From a virus: 41,036 bases of DNA. The notes below the pieces were generated by a model. That model did not search any database, had not been told where the DNA came from, and saw only the letters and a list, made by a program, of their open reading frames with translations. A program made the position numbers and the translations under genes. This document shows positions 9,279 through 20,400 of the stretch, piece after piece. Location: the IMG/VR virus record IMGVR_UViG_3300029612_000018. One strand, written 5' to 3'. How positions within the stretch are numbered: the first letter of the stretch is position 1; each line of letters starts with the position of its first letter.

Positions 9279-9441
9279 ACTTGATCCGCCCCCTTCAACA
9301 AATGACATGGGAGAAATGCGGAACTATCTAAACGATATGTACGAACAGCTGGCTTTCGTGCTCAGTAATATTGACAGCGACAATATAACAGATGATTTTC
9401 TATCCGCAATCGGACAGTCACAAAAAGGAAGTGAAAAATAA
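9232..9441 (+). CDS. small virion-module protein, start uncertain
   Basis: ORF-track frame. Possible starts are TTG 9232, GTG 9256 or 9265, and ATG 9306. It overlaps the end of the 673-aa gene. Confidence 0.4.
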   Translation: MTLSTVEEVISVATFKLDPPPSTNDMGEMRNYLNDMYEQLAFVLSNIDSDNITDDFLSAIGQSQKGSEK

Positions 9442-10250
9442 TGGCTTATACATACAAGGTTTACGGCACAGGCGATGTTGACAATGCGGTTAATAACTAT
9501 AACCGTGTTGCCTCATCAGCTCCGACATACGCTGACAGTTACGACACAAGACAGGCTCGTCAGCAGGCTGACAACTACGCTAATTCCTACACGGATAAAA
9601 TCAATAAGGGATATACGAGCAAGTACAAGGGAGCGATTGACGAGCTTGCCAATCAGTACCAAAAGAATAAATTTGACTGGACTCCCGAAAATTCTTCTGA
9701 ATATCAAAAGGCGAAAGAAAAATATACCCGTGAGGGTAAGGTTGCACAGGAAAATGTACAAGGAAGTTATGCAGCTAACACAGGCGGTTACAGTAACACT
9801 TATGCACAGGCGGCAGGACAAAAGGCATTCGGCGAGTATATGGACGAGCTTGCAAACAAGGTACCAACACTAAAAAATGAAGCCTACAAGAGTTATCAGC
9901 AACAGCAGGAAGATACACTAAACAGAATCGGCGTATTGCAGAACCTTGATAACACGCAATATCAGCGTTACAGGGACAGCGTAACGGATGATTACGACTT
10001 TATGACCTATTACGAAAACAAGTACGGCACAAGCAAAGGCCTTGATATGAGTAATTTTCAAAATGAACTGGCTAACTGGCAGACACAAATGTCAGCGGCA
10101 CAGAGTAATCTTTCAGATATCAGAAGTCTTGCCGAGGCACAGTATGAACACAATACATTGAGTGCCGACACAAGGTCAAGCATTGACAGCCAGCGCAGAC
10201 AGTCGGACGCTTATTACAATTATCTGAACAGTCAGGTAAAAATAAAGTGA
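9441..10250 (+). CDS. Q/N/Y-rich virion protein, paralog A (candidate internal or ejection protein)
   Basis: 269 aa, ATG overlapping the upstream TAA. It shares ordered motifs with the next ORF (ADNY..SY..K, GGY..TYA, T.Y.R.RD.V.DY). Confidence 0.6.
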   Translation: MAYTYKVYGTGDVDNAVNNYNRVASSAPTYADSYDTRQARQQADNYANSYTDKINKGYTSKYKGAIDELANQYQKNKFDWTPENSSEYQKAKEKYTREGKVAQENVQGSYAANTGGYSNTYAQAAGQKAFGEYMDELANKVPTLKNEAYKSYQQQQEDTLNRIGVLQNLDNTQYQRYRDSVTDDYDFMTYYENKYGTSKGLDMSNFQNELANWQTQMSAAQSNLSDIRSLAEAQYEHNTLSADTRSSIDSQRRQSDAYYNYLNSQVKIK

Positions 10251-10251
10251 G

Positions 10252-11475
10252 GTGAGAAAATTGAGTGTGAACAGTGAAGAAAAAATTTATAATGACCTGA
10301 TGAATGAAGTACCAAGTCAGACGGTGAGCGGTGACACTAAGCAGAGTGCCGCCGCTCTTGCGGGTGCAGAATCGACAGCGACAGGACAGGCTGACAACTA
10401 TAAAAGCACTTACAGCGGTAAGTTAGATGACGCCATAAGTAACTATCTGACAGGCAGAGGATTTGAATATGATCCGACGCAAGACAAGGCATATCAGCAG
10501 TACCGCAAGGAATTTGCACAGAATGCCGCTATGGCACGAGATACGAGCCGTAACACAGCTAATCAGCTTTCAGGCGGTTACAATCCTACCTATGCCGATA
10601 CTGTCGCAGACGAGGTCTACAATGACCGTATGGGGAATATAAGCGATGCGGAAAGCACATTTAAGGGGCTTGCACAACAGGACTATCAGGCAAAGCAGGA
10701 GAAAAACGCAAATGTGCTTAACCTTTACAATACGCTTGAGGGTACGGATTACAGCCGTAATCGTGACACGGTAGGAGACTACAAGAACTATCTTAATCTT
10801 CTTGCAAGCAGGTACTCAACCGACAGACAGGCAGACACAAACCTTGACAGTGCTAACAATGATGTTTACTCAGCAAAACTTAACGGAGCAGTAAATAATC
10901 TCTCATCAGCAAGAGCAGCAGACAGTCAGCGTTATTTGTATGACACGGTAAGTGCCAATCAGCTTGCACAAAATGCACAGGCTGAAAGAGAAAACGCTCA
11001 GAAGATTGAATACGATAAAAATAAATCTGCTTATGACGCTTATGTTAAGGCTCAGACAGAGTTGGCAAAAGAACAGAAAGCTGCACAGGAGAAAGAGGAT
11101 AACCGCAGATACAGAGCGGCATATGATAAGTTCGTAGATGCATATGACCTTAAAAATGCTAAGTATGAATACAAGGTCGGTCAGCTTGCACAGGGCTATT
11201 ATAACGGCTACATCACGCTCGACGAAATGGATTATATTGCAGAAAAGCTCAATGTCAGCACAGCTGACCTGACAAGCACGCTTGACAGGATGAGCAAAAA
11301 CGGCGGAACGCTTAATGATGACCACTACGGCGGTCCGAACTCAATGAGTATCGGTAAAAACACTGATTATTTTCAAACGTCAACTTCAAGAGTTACTACG
11401 GACGAAAACGGAAAAACAAAATATTTATCGGAAAAAGAGTGGAACGAACTACCGATAAATAAGAAGAAAAAGTGA
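10252..11475 (+). CDS. Q/N/Y-rich virion protein, paralog B (candidate internal or ejection protein)
   Basis: 407 aa. Start is GTG 10252 or TTG 10261 behind GAGGTGAG. It is a paralog of 9441..10250, and its C-terminal TDENGKT..EW motif recurs at the N-terminus of the giant ORF. Confidence 0.6.
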   Translation: MRKLSVNSEEKIYNDLMNEVPSQTVSGDTKQSAAALAGAESTATGQADNYKSTYSGKLDDAISNYLTGRGFEYDPTQDKAYQQYRKEFAQNAAMARDTSRNTANQLSGGYNPTYADTVADEVYNDRMGNISDAESTFKGLAQQDYQAKQEKNANVLNLYNTLEGTDYSRNRDTVGDYKNYLNLLASRYSTDRQADTNLDSANNDVYSAKLNGAVNNLSSARAADSQRYLYDTVSANQLAQNAQAERENAQKIEYDKNKSAYDAYVKAQTELAKEQKAAQEKEDNRRYRAAYDKFVDAYDLKNAKYEYKVGQLAQGYYNGYITLDEMDYIAEKLNVSTADLTSTLDRMSKNGGTLNDDHYGGPNSMSIGKNTDYFQTSTSRVTTDENGKTKYLSEKEWNELPINKKKK

Positions 11476-11486
11476 GGACTGTATAT

Positions 11487-14400
11487 ATGGCACAGCAAAG
11501 AAAAAGAACCGCAGGCGACGATTTAAGAGATTTTAAAGCAGGCAAAATCAGCGGAAACTTTTATCACAACGGTATTGACCGTTCGGATAATTATATTCAG
11601 CATACATCAGCACCGAGGTATATAACCGATGAAAACGGAAAAACGCAGGTGGCTTCATATAACGAATGGATTCAGCAGGAAGTATTTCAGCATCAACACG
11701 ATTTACCAAACGACACAAGTTCGACATCATCAAATAATAAAACAGCGACAAATGATATTTCTGTAAAAAGCAGTAACAATACTTCTTCAAGTGCAGGCTC
11801 GGATATTAAATCCTTTTTTAGTGGAAATTTGAATAATGCGAACAGCTCCGCAGAGGATTTGAAGGACGCAATTAAAAACCCGAACAAGTCTTTGAATGAT
11901 AGAGTTAAAGGACTTACATACATGTATAATGCTGCGGTTGCGACAGGTGACACCAAAACCGCCGAGAAAATGCAGAAAGAATATGATGAACTTGCCGACA
12001 GGGTTAATAAGCAGACGGAAATAAACCGACATAACGCTAAGGAATATGCGCGCAGTCAATCTTTAAAAGGTATGACCGAAGAAAGAAAAGCATTAGTTGA
12101 TGAACGCAACAAGTATGCACTTGATAACGGACTTGTAACCTCTACAGGTATTGATACAAGAAAAAAGGATAGGTATAAAGTTTATTCAGAGTACAATTCA
12201 AAAATTGATGAGCTTGACAAACAGATTGCAGAAAAGCAGAGAAACGGCGAGTATGATTTAAGTGATTCGCAGAAAGCTGTTCTTGCCGATATTGGCAACA
12301 AAGCAAACAAACTTACGGAAAGTTTTGAAAACAAATATAAAAACTCAACGCTTGAGCAGAGGCTTAATGCGAGATTGCACGCAACAACAAGTGAGCTTAA
12401 CTGGCTTAATAAGCATATGTATGACAATGCCACAAGCGAAGAACTTGAAAAATACAACCGGGAACTGAGCAAAGAATACGAAAATCTGTATGACAGAGGA
12501 ACAACAGGTACAGACGAAAACAAAGAAGCAAGACGCAGGAATATTGAAGATGAACAGGATAAAATTGATACATACATCAATAGAGCTAAACTCTCTGAAC
12601 AGAAGAAAAAAGAGTATGACGATATAGTTGATAAGAATGTTATACTCAAAACTGTAATGCAGAAGTACTATGCTTTACAACACTATGATGATACCAAGCA
12701 TATGCTTGCAAGTACAGGACACGATACTGACAGCATAAAAAATCAGGTGACTCTTGATGATTATAACTACATTAACAAGTTGTCCGACAAAGAGCGTACA
12801 CAGATTGAAAAGAATTTTAAGAATCTGAAAAAGGAAGGTTATGACACCGAATCATTATATAAATGGTATGAAAGAGAAAGAGATGAAGAAAAAGCAGCGG
12901 AAACTACAAGAATAAGTACAGAGTATGCTGATGAACATCCTATACTCGGTTCAATTGCAAGCGTAGGAGCAAGGCTCGGTGGTGCTGTTCCCGATGCCGC
13001 AAAATATATTTCAACCGACCTTGATAAAAAATATAACGGCGGTGACGGCTACATTAACCCCGAAGCAACCAATACCGCTATATCTGACGCTATGCGTGCG
13101 AAAGTATCAGAAAACATTAACAATGATTTCGGTTCATTCCTTTACAACACAGGAATGAGTATGGCTGACTTTGCCTCTTTGTTACCGCTTAATGCCGTTC
13201 CGGGCGGACAGGCTTTGTCACTCGGCATTATGGGCACAAGTGCCGGTGTCGGTTCGGCGAATGAAGTTATCAACAACGGCGGTACAATTGACAACGCAGT
13301 CAAGACAGGTATTGCGGCAGGCATTGCAGAAACCCTTTTTGAAAAGGTATCTTTGGAACAGCTTTCAGCATTTAAGGCAAGCGGAAAAAGCACATTTCGT
13401 GCGGCTGTCGGCAATGTGCTTAAAGGTGCATTTACTGAAGGCTCGGAAGAGGCTTTTACCGACCTTGCAAACAGATTGACTGATGACGCAATAAACAAGG
13501 ATTTATCTTCATACAACCTTTCAAAGAAAAATTATATGGAACAGGGAATGAGTGAGGCTGAGGCGGAGAATGCCGCAAGCTGGGACTTTTGGAAGAATGT
13601 CGGACTTGATTTTGCCGGCGGTGCAATATCGGGTGGTGTGCTTAACCTTGCTACCGCAGGAATTAATCTTGCAGGTGCAAAAATTGATATGGCCCAAAAT
13701 AAAGAGAGCAACGCACAAATCGGTAAAGCTGTTATGGCCGATGAAAACTTTGACCTTGATTTACTCATTAGGCAAGGACTTGCAACCGACAAAAACGATA
13801 GAGCATACAACTATGCACACAAAATGCAGAAACTCGTTGAAACCGATAACGAGGGAAAAATCAGTGCCGGAGATGTCGGCAACCTTATGTATCTTATCAA
13901 CAGAGAGGTTGGCAAAAATCCCGAACTTGTAAACAAAATTGCTCAGGTTAAAAAGCAGAACACACGAGAGCAGAGTAATCAGACTGTTAATGCTCAGAAC
14001 GAACAGAGCCCTACACAGCAGAACACGGCTCAGAACGGACAGCAGAACGCAGAACAGGCACAGGCAAGCACTGTAATCAATGCAACAAAAAAAGCCGATA
14101 CAGAGGATATCGGCAAAATGTACGGCGTATATGCTTTTGGCAAGAAGCATCCAAACGGCATTATCGCAACAGATACTTCAACGGGTAAGGTTGTCAAGGT
14201 TGCACTAAAGAGCCTTGAAAGCTCAGCAAAAATCAATCGCAGTGATGAAGAAAATACACTTGTGTTCAACACAAATGACGGTAAACAGGTTAATGCGGAC
14301 AGCATAACATTCTCTGACAGTCAGTTTGATACGATTGTTCACAGTGCAAACGAATTTGATACATACGGTGCAAGGAACTATATTTCAAACTTTGAAGAAT

Positions 14401-17400
14401 GGAGAGAAAGTCCGCAGGCTCAGAGAATGACTGATGACGAAATGCTTTATAAATATAACAAAGCATATTCAGCCGCATACAGCTTTGGTCGAGAGGGCGT
14501 TAAACTTGATTCACTCAGAGAAACTTCTGAATATACGATTCTTAAAAATATTCTCGGTGAACAGATTGTAAGTCAGGCATTGAGCACCGGCAGAAGAGAT
14601 GTTGACATTAACACTCAACACCATGCCAACAGACTGACCGAGTTAATCAACCGCAACGGCAGAGCCGACACAAGCGGTGTGAGCGTGTATGCAGACAGCG
14701 GAACAGATGTTTCACACATTCCGCAGGAGCTTATTAATACACTCGGCAACCTTGCAACAAAGACGGGCAGAAACATTATTATCTCAGACCGCCTTGCAGA
14801 CGGAGTGAACGGTGTTGCAAAAGACGGCAATATTATCCTCAGTTCAGAAATCAGCAGTCAGAAAATTCTTGCCACAGCTTTACATGAAGCCGGACATATG
14901 ATTAAGAAAACCAACCCGACCGAGTGGCGAACATTGAGTGACTTTGTAGCTGACTACCTTGTACGCAAAGGTGTTGACCTTAACAAGATGATTGACCGCA
15001 CAATTGAGAGATACGGCAACCGACTGCAGGCCGATGAACACGAAAACACAAGAGATGCCGCTCTGGAAGAAATTGTATGCGACACACTTATGAGCATTGC
15101 CTCAGATGAAAAGGCTCTCAATATTGCCCTCAGCACCAAGCAGAATAAATCAAAAATTGCAGCGGCAATTAAATCTTTGATTGAAAAAGTAAAGAATTGG
15201 CTCATCGACAAAAGCACAAACTACGGAGCTAAAGCATTTGCAAAAGACCTTGAAGCACTTGAAAACCTCGCTCAAAGATTTTCTGAGGCGGCAGACACCG
15301 CAAGAGAAAATATCACCGAGCAAGCAGAGGTTCAGAACGGTGAGAGGTTGGATGTTGAGAAATATTCAATAGGAAGTACCGACAACATAGTACAAGCGGA
15401 ATTTGAAAAGAAAGTTGATGAAATTGAAAAAAACACCTACAACAGTGATAATGTTGTAATTATGGGTATTACACCTAAAATCCTTCAAAAAATCGGATTA
15501 GCACCATTACCTCTTGCTATGACTAAAAATCATATTTATTCTGTCGCAGTATCAGATACAAGAGCAAAAAGTGAGGGGAGATATCATAAAAATACCAATT
15601 ATCACAATTTAGGGTTTGATACTGTAAAAGATATTTACAATAAAATTTCTGATCCGCTTATGGTAATAGCTCACCCTGATTTTGCGGTAAAGAAAAATAA
15701 GAGCAAAGACAGCACCCATAAAGTAGTTGTTTTAGTTGATTTATCAGTTGGCGGAAAACAGGTAATTGCACCGATAACTGTTGATTATGAGGGAATGTAC
15801 AATAACACACACATAGATGTTAATCTTGTTGCAACATATTTTGATAAGGATAATATCAACGATTATATAAAAGAAGCCATTGCTTTGGAAACAATGGGCA
15901 AAACAGGATTCTTTTATTTAGACAAAAAAAGAACCCAGAATATTTTTAAGAAGTCAGGGTACCAATTACCCAGCCGACTTAAAAATTCGGGTTCCAATAT
16001 TATTATACGTCCTATTGATGATATTGTCAATAAAAAAATCAATAATATTACTCAAAGCAAACAATTTATCAGATGGTTCGGTGATTGGCAGAATAGCCCT
16101 GCAAAAGCGAGTAAAGTGGTAGACAACAACGGTGAACCGCTTGTTTTGTACCACCAAACAGAAAAAGAGTTTACAACCTTTGATACAAAACAAAAAGGCT
16201 CGGGAGAATTTGACAGTGAAATGCCTACGGGTATATTTATGAAACCGACAAACAACGATATCGGAGTTGGCGGAAATATTCAAATGCCGTTGTATGCCTC
16301 TATTAAAAATCCCCTCATTGTCAACAACAGAAGCGAACTTGTTAAATTTTACGATAAGAATGTACAGGGATATACGAAAGCTAAAAGTGCGATAGACAGC
16401 GTTAATAAGGAATACAAGGCTAAATTCAACGAGGAGATGAAAAGAGAAAACGAGGAATATCAAAAGCTGTGGAATGCGAAAAAGAACGGTGAAATATCTG
16501 AAGAAGAGTACCAAAAATCCATATCAAGAGATGCACTTGATGAAATTATGGAAGAATGGGAAAATAAGGTTAATGAAGCAAGCCATAACGCTAAAGCCTT
16601 GATAGATGATTATTTCAAAAACAGCAATTATGACGGTGTTATCGTTAATAATGATGTCGGCAGTTTTGGAAGAAGCACAAAAACATTCATAGCATTTGAA
16701 AATACTCAGGTTAAATCTGCAACAGACAATATCGGAACATTTGACGGCAATAATCCTGATATTCGTTACAGTCTTGATGAAGATTATGATTTTACAGATG
16801 AAGATGAAAAAGCCGGTGCAATACACGATACGCTGAATTTTTCAATTGACGATGAATACGATGATTGGCTTGTGAATGACGACGGCAAAAGTGTTTTTGA
16901 CGCTGTAAAGGACGAAAAGAACCCCGACAGGCGGATCAGCATTTTATATCATTATGCCGGCAAAACCGCCGAACACGGAATGCGCGTGGGCAAGGATATA
17001 CGAATCGGTCAATCAGGAATGCACCGTCTTGTGTGTAATGTTTTGCAGGAATACGGAGTAAATCTTAACGGTAAGAACAAATCAAGAATTGAAGCGTTTA
17101 AGTCAGTTGTAAATGACTTTGAAAATTCCGTCAAAAATGATACGCAGAGTTTTAACGATGCAATTGAGAGCCTTGCGGAAGAATGCAAAGAATATCTGAA
17201 AAAATCTTCCTTGATTGACAAAAAGCATTCCGAGTGGGCAAAGGATTTAAGCGACAGTCTGAAAGAGGTTACCCTTGTTATTCCGAAAGGTGACATTGAT
17301 TTTATTAAAAGCGCCTACGGCAGTATTACAAACTTCCGTAAAGCACTTATGGGTAAAATCAACATCAGAACAGCAAAGGGATATGCTCTCATCGAAAGTG

Positions 17401-20400
17401 TAAACGAGGGCAGTATTGAAGATGTCGGAAATTCAATTTCAGAGATTATCGGAGATATTGCAGGGATTGATGAAACTTTTAACTGGAGAAGTGAAGAGGG
17501 ATATAAAACACTTGAAAGGTTTATTAACTATGACCTTGCAGAACATTTTGTTTCAATTGACGGAAAGAGTGTACAGTCAATTGACGAAATGGCAATTGAA
17601 ATGGCTTTTGATGTTGCTACGGAATATTTGAAACAACAGGCAAAAGAAGTTGTTCTTGACAATAATGCCAATAAAGAATTATTGCACAGTATTACCGAAA
17701 TATATAATCAGGCTAACGAGGAACACAAACTGCTCTTAAAAGAAAAGAATGCAAGATATGCAGAACAGATTTCAGAGCAGAAGAAAAATGCCGAAAAGCA
17801 GATTAAATCTTTGGTAAGAAAGAACAATAAGAAAACCGAGCAGTATATCAAAAATGATATTAAGCTGAGGAATAAAATCAAAAGCGATGCAAAGGAATAC
17901 AGAATTACTCTTCGTGCAACAAAAAAGACGGTTGCAGAAGAATACCGTGCTGAGCGTGATAAAACGAAGTATCGTCAGAAAATCAGTACAACGCTTGAAA
18001 GGCTTATTAACAGACACTTAAAGCCTAAGCCGAGCAATAATGTTCCTATTTCGGTTGTGAAACCTTTGTACAGACTTCTCTCCGAATTGACAGGCAATTA
18101 TTCGGGATTTTCCAAAGGTGTAAACGACATTACGGAAAAGACGGGATATAACAAAACCGTCAATCAAAAAGATGAAAGAGTAAACAAAGTAACATTGTCA
18201 GCAGAAACCGAGAAACTTATTTCGGCTTTAAACAGCGAAATTGCAAATACTGATGGAAAAATTACTTTACCACCGGCAATGAGAAACGCTTTGCTGGGAT
18301 ATAATGTGTTTGACAACAAAGGCAATATCAAACAGCATTTTACAGGGCTTCTTGAAGATGTAAGAAATATTTTTGAGAAAGCCGAGAAAAACGGAAAAAC
18401 CTCGTTAAAGGACTTTTCTCTTAGTGAGCTGAAAAGAATAAGCACAGCTTTCAGCGAAGTAAAGAAACTGCTTGACGCTGCAAATAAGATTGTCATTAAC
18501 GGCAAGGAGTATGACGCTTATCTTGTATCACGAAAAGGTGCTGAGGAACTCAAAAAAGTTACAGGCACACACAAGAAAGGTTCTAATACACAGGCAAGCA
18601 CTGCCAAGAGGACGCTTTTGGCATACCGCAAATATATGTCAGATCCGATACGCTTTGCACGAATGATTTCGGGTTATCACAATGACAGCGTGATTGTTCA
18701 GCTGATGGATATGCTGAATCAGGGACAGTCGGACGCAGAACAATTAAGCATTGACTGGACGAATAAGTATGAAGAACAAATGTCCCGTTTCTCATATAAA
18801 GCCAAAAAGGATTATGTCAGAGAGCAGGCAATGGAATTTGACGGCATAGACCCTAACACCAAAGAGGAACTTGTTGACAAGAAAACAGGCGAACAGGTTA
18901 AAGTTGGACTTACTGCCGATATGCTTGTTGAAATGCTCCTTGAATATGAGGATGAATACGGCAGGGCACATATGATGTACAGCGGTTATCAAGTGCCGAA
19001 TATCAAGTACATAAAACGGAAAAACCAACAGCTTATGTATTCAAAGGACAGCGGTTGTTATATTCTTCCCACAGAGTCGGATATTTCACGAATCAGGGAT
19101 TATGTCATGAACAATGAGATTGCAAAAACTGTTTATGAAATTTGCCGTGAGATGTACAATGAAGATATGCAGAATGCCGTCAACAAGGTGTCAAACGAAA
19201 AATACGGATATGAAATTGCAAAGGTAAAAAACTATTGTCCTATCACGATTGACGAAGATACGGTTTACGGAACATTTGCCGATGTGCTGATTAACAGAAG
19301 TATCAACAGCCGAGCATTCCTTCATGAAAGAGAAAATTTCAAGTACAACAGGCTGAAACTTAAAGGTGCAACGGCAAAGCTTACCTCTCAGATTAAAAGC
19401 GTGTCAAGCTGGTGCGGTCTTACGATGCCGATTGAAACATTTAACCGTGTGTTCAATATGCCACGCTACGACCACAAAAATGACAGCCTTGTTAAAGCTG
19501 TTCAGGAAGAAAACCTTAATTCTGCCGAAAATATCAGACAAAAAAATAACACCCATGCGGATGAAGAAGAAAAATCCAAGCTGAGCATTGACGAACACTT
19601 TACCGATAAGTACGATGAATGGGATAAAAAGGGCGGACGATTTTCGTTCAGAGTAGGAACAACATCAGAGGTTCTTCAAAGATTGGGTGTTGACGATAAA
19701 AATATTTGGTGGGATACTTCCAAAATACTTAAAATCAAAAACAAACACCCTGAAATGACAGATGATATTCTTAAACAAGTGCCTAATGTTTTGAAATCGC
19801 CTATTATTGTTATGGAGTCATATACAGTTAAAGGTAGATTAGTATTATTTGGTGATGTTTACGATGCAAAAAATAATCCCGTGTTGGTAGCTTTAGAGTT
19901 AAATCCTATAGGAGAGGGTGGAAAAAGCCTTGATATTATAAAAATAGCAAGTGCCTACGGCAAAGACAGTAATTTGCAACATATGATTGATAAAAGTAAT
20001 ATATTGTATGTTGAACCAAATGAAAAGAGAACCCATACTTGGCTAACGGGTAATGGGCTCCAATTGCCTCTGCCTAGTTCCAAGTATGGATTCTCTGACA
20101 ATATTAAATCACAGAATCAAGGTGATGTCAAGTACAGCGTTGAAAAAGAGGCGCACTCAACGCTCAGCATTGACGAGGTTCTTGATTTCATTGAAAGGGA
20201 AGAAAAGCAAAAGAAAAAGAAGGAAAGCACATCGACAACGGAATATTTCCCGAGTATGAAGGAAATAATGAAACAGCAATGGGGCAACGAAAGCGAAGAA
20301 TACATAAGTAAACTCATGGGCGATTTGCAGGGCTCGACAAAACAGGCTGATCCGGGCAGAATTGATATGCTGACAGGAAAATATATAAGAGCGGTACTGA

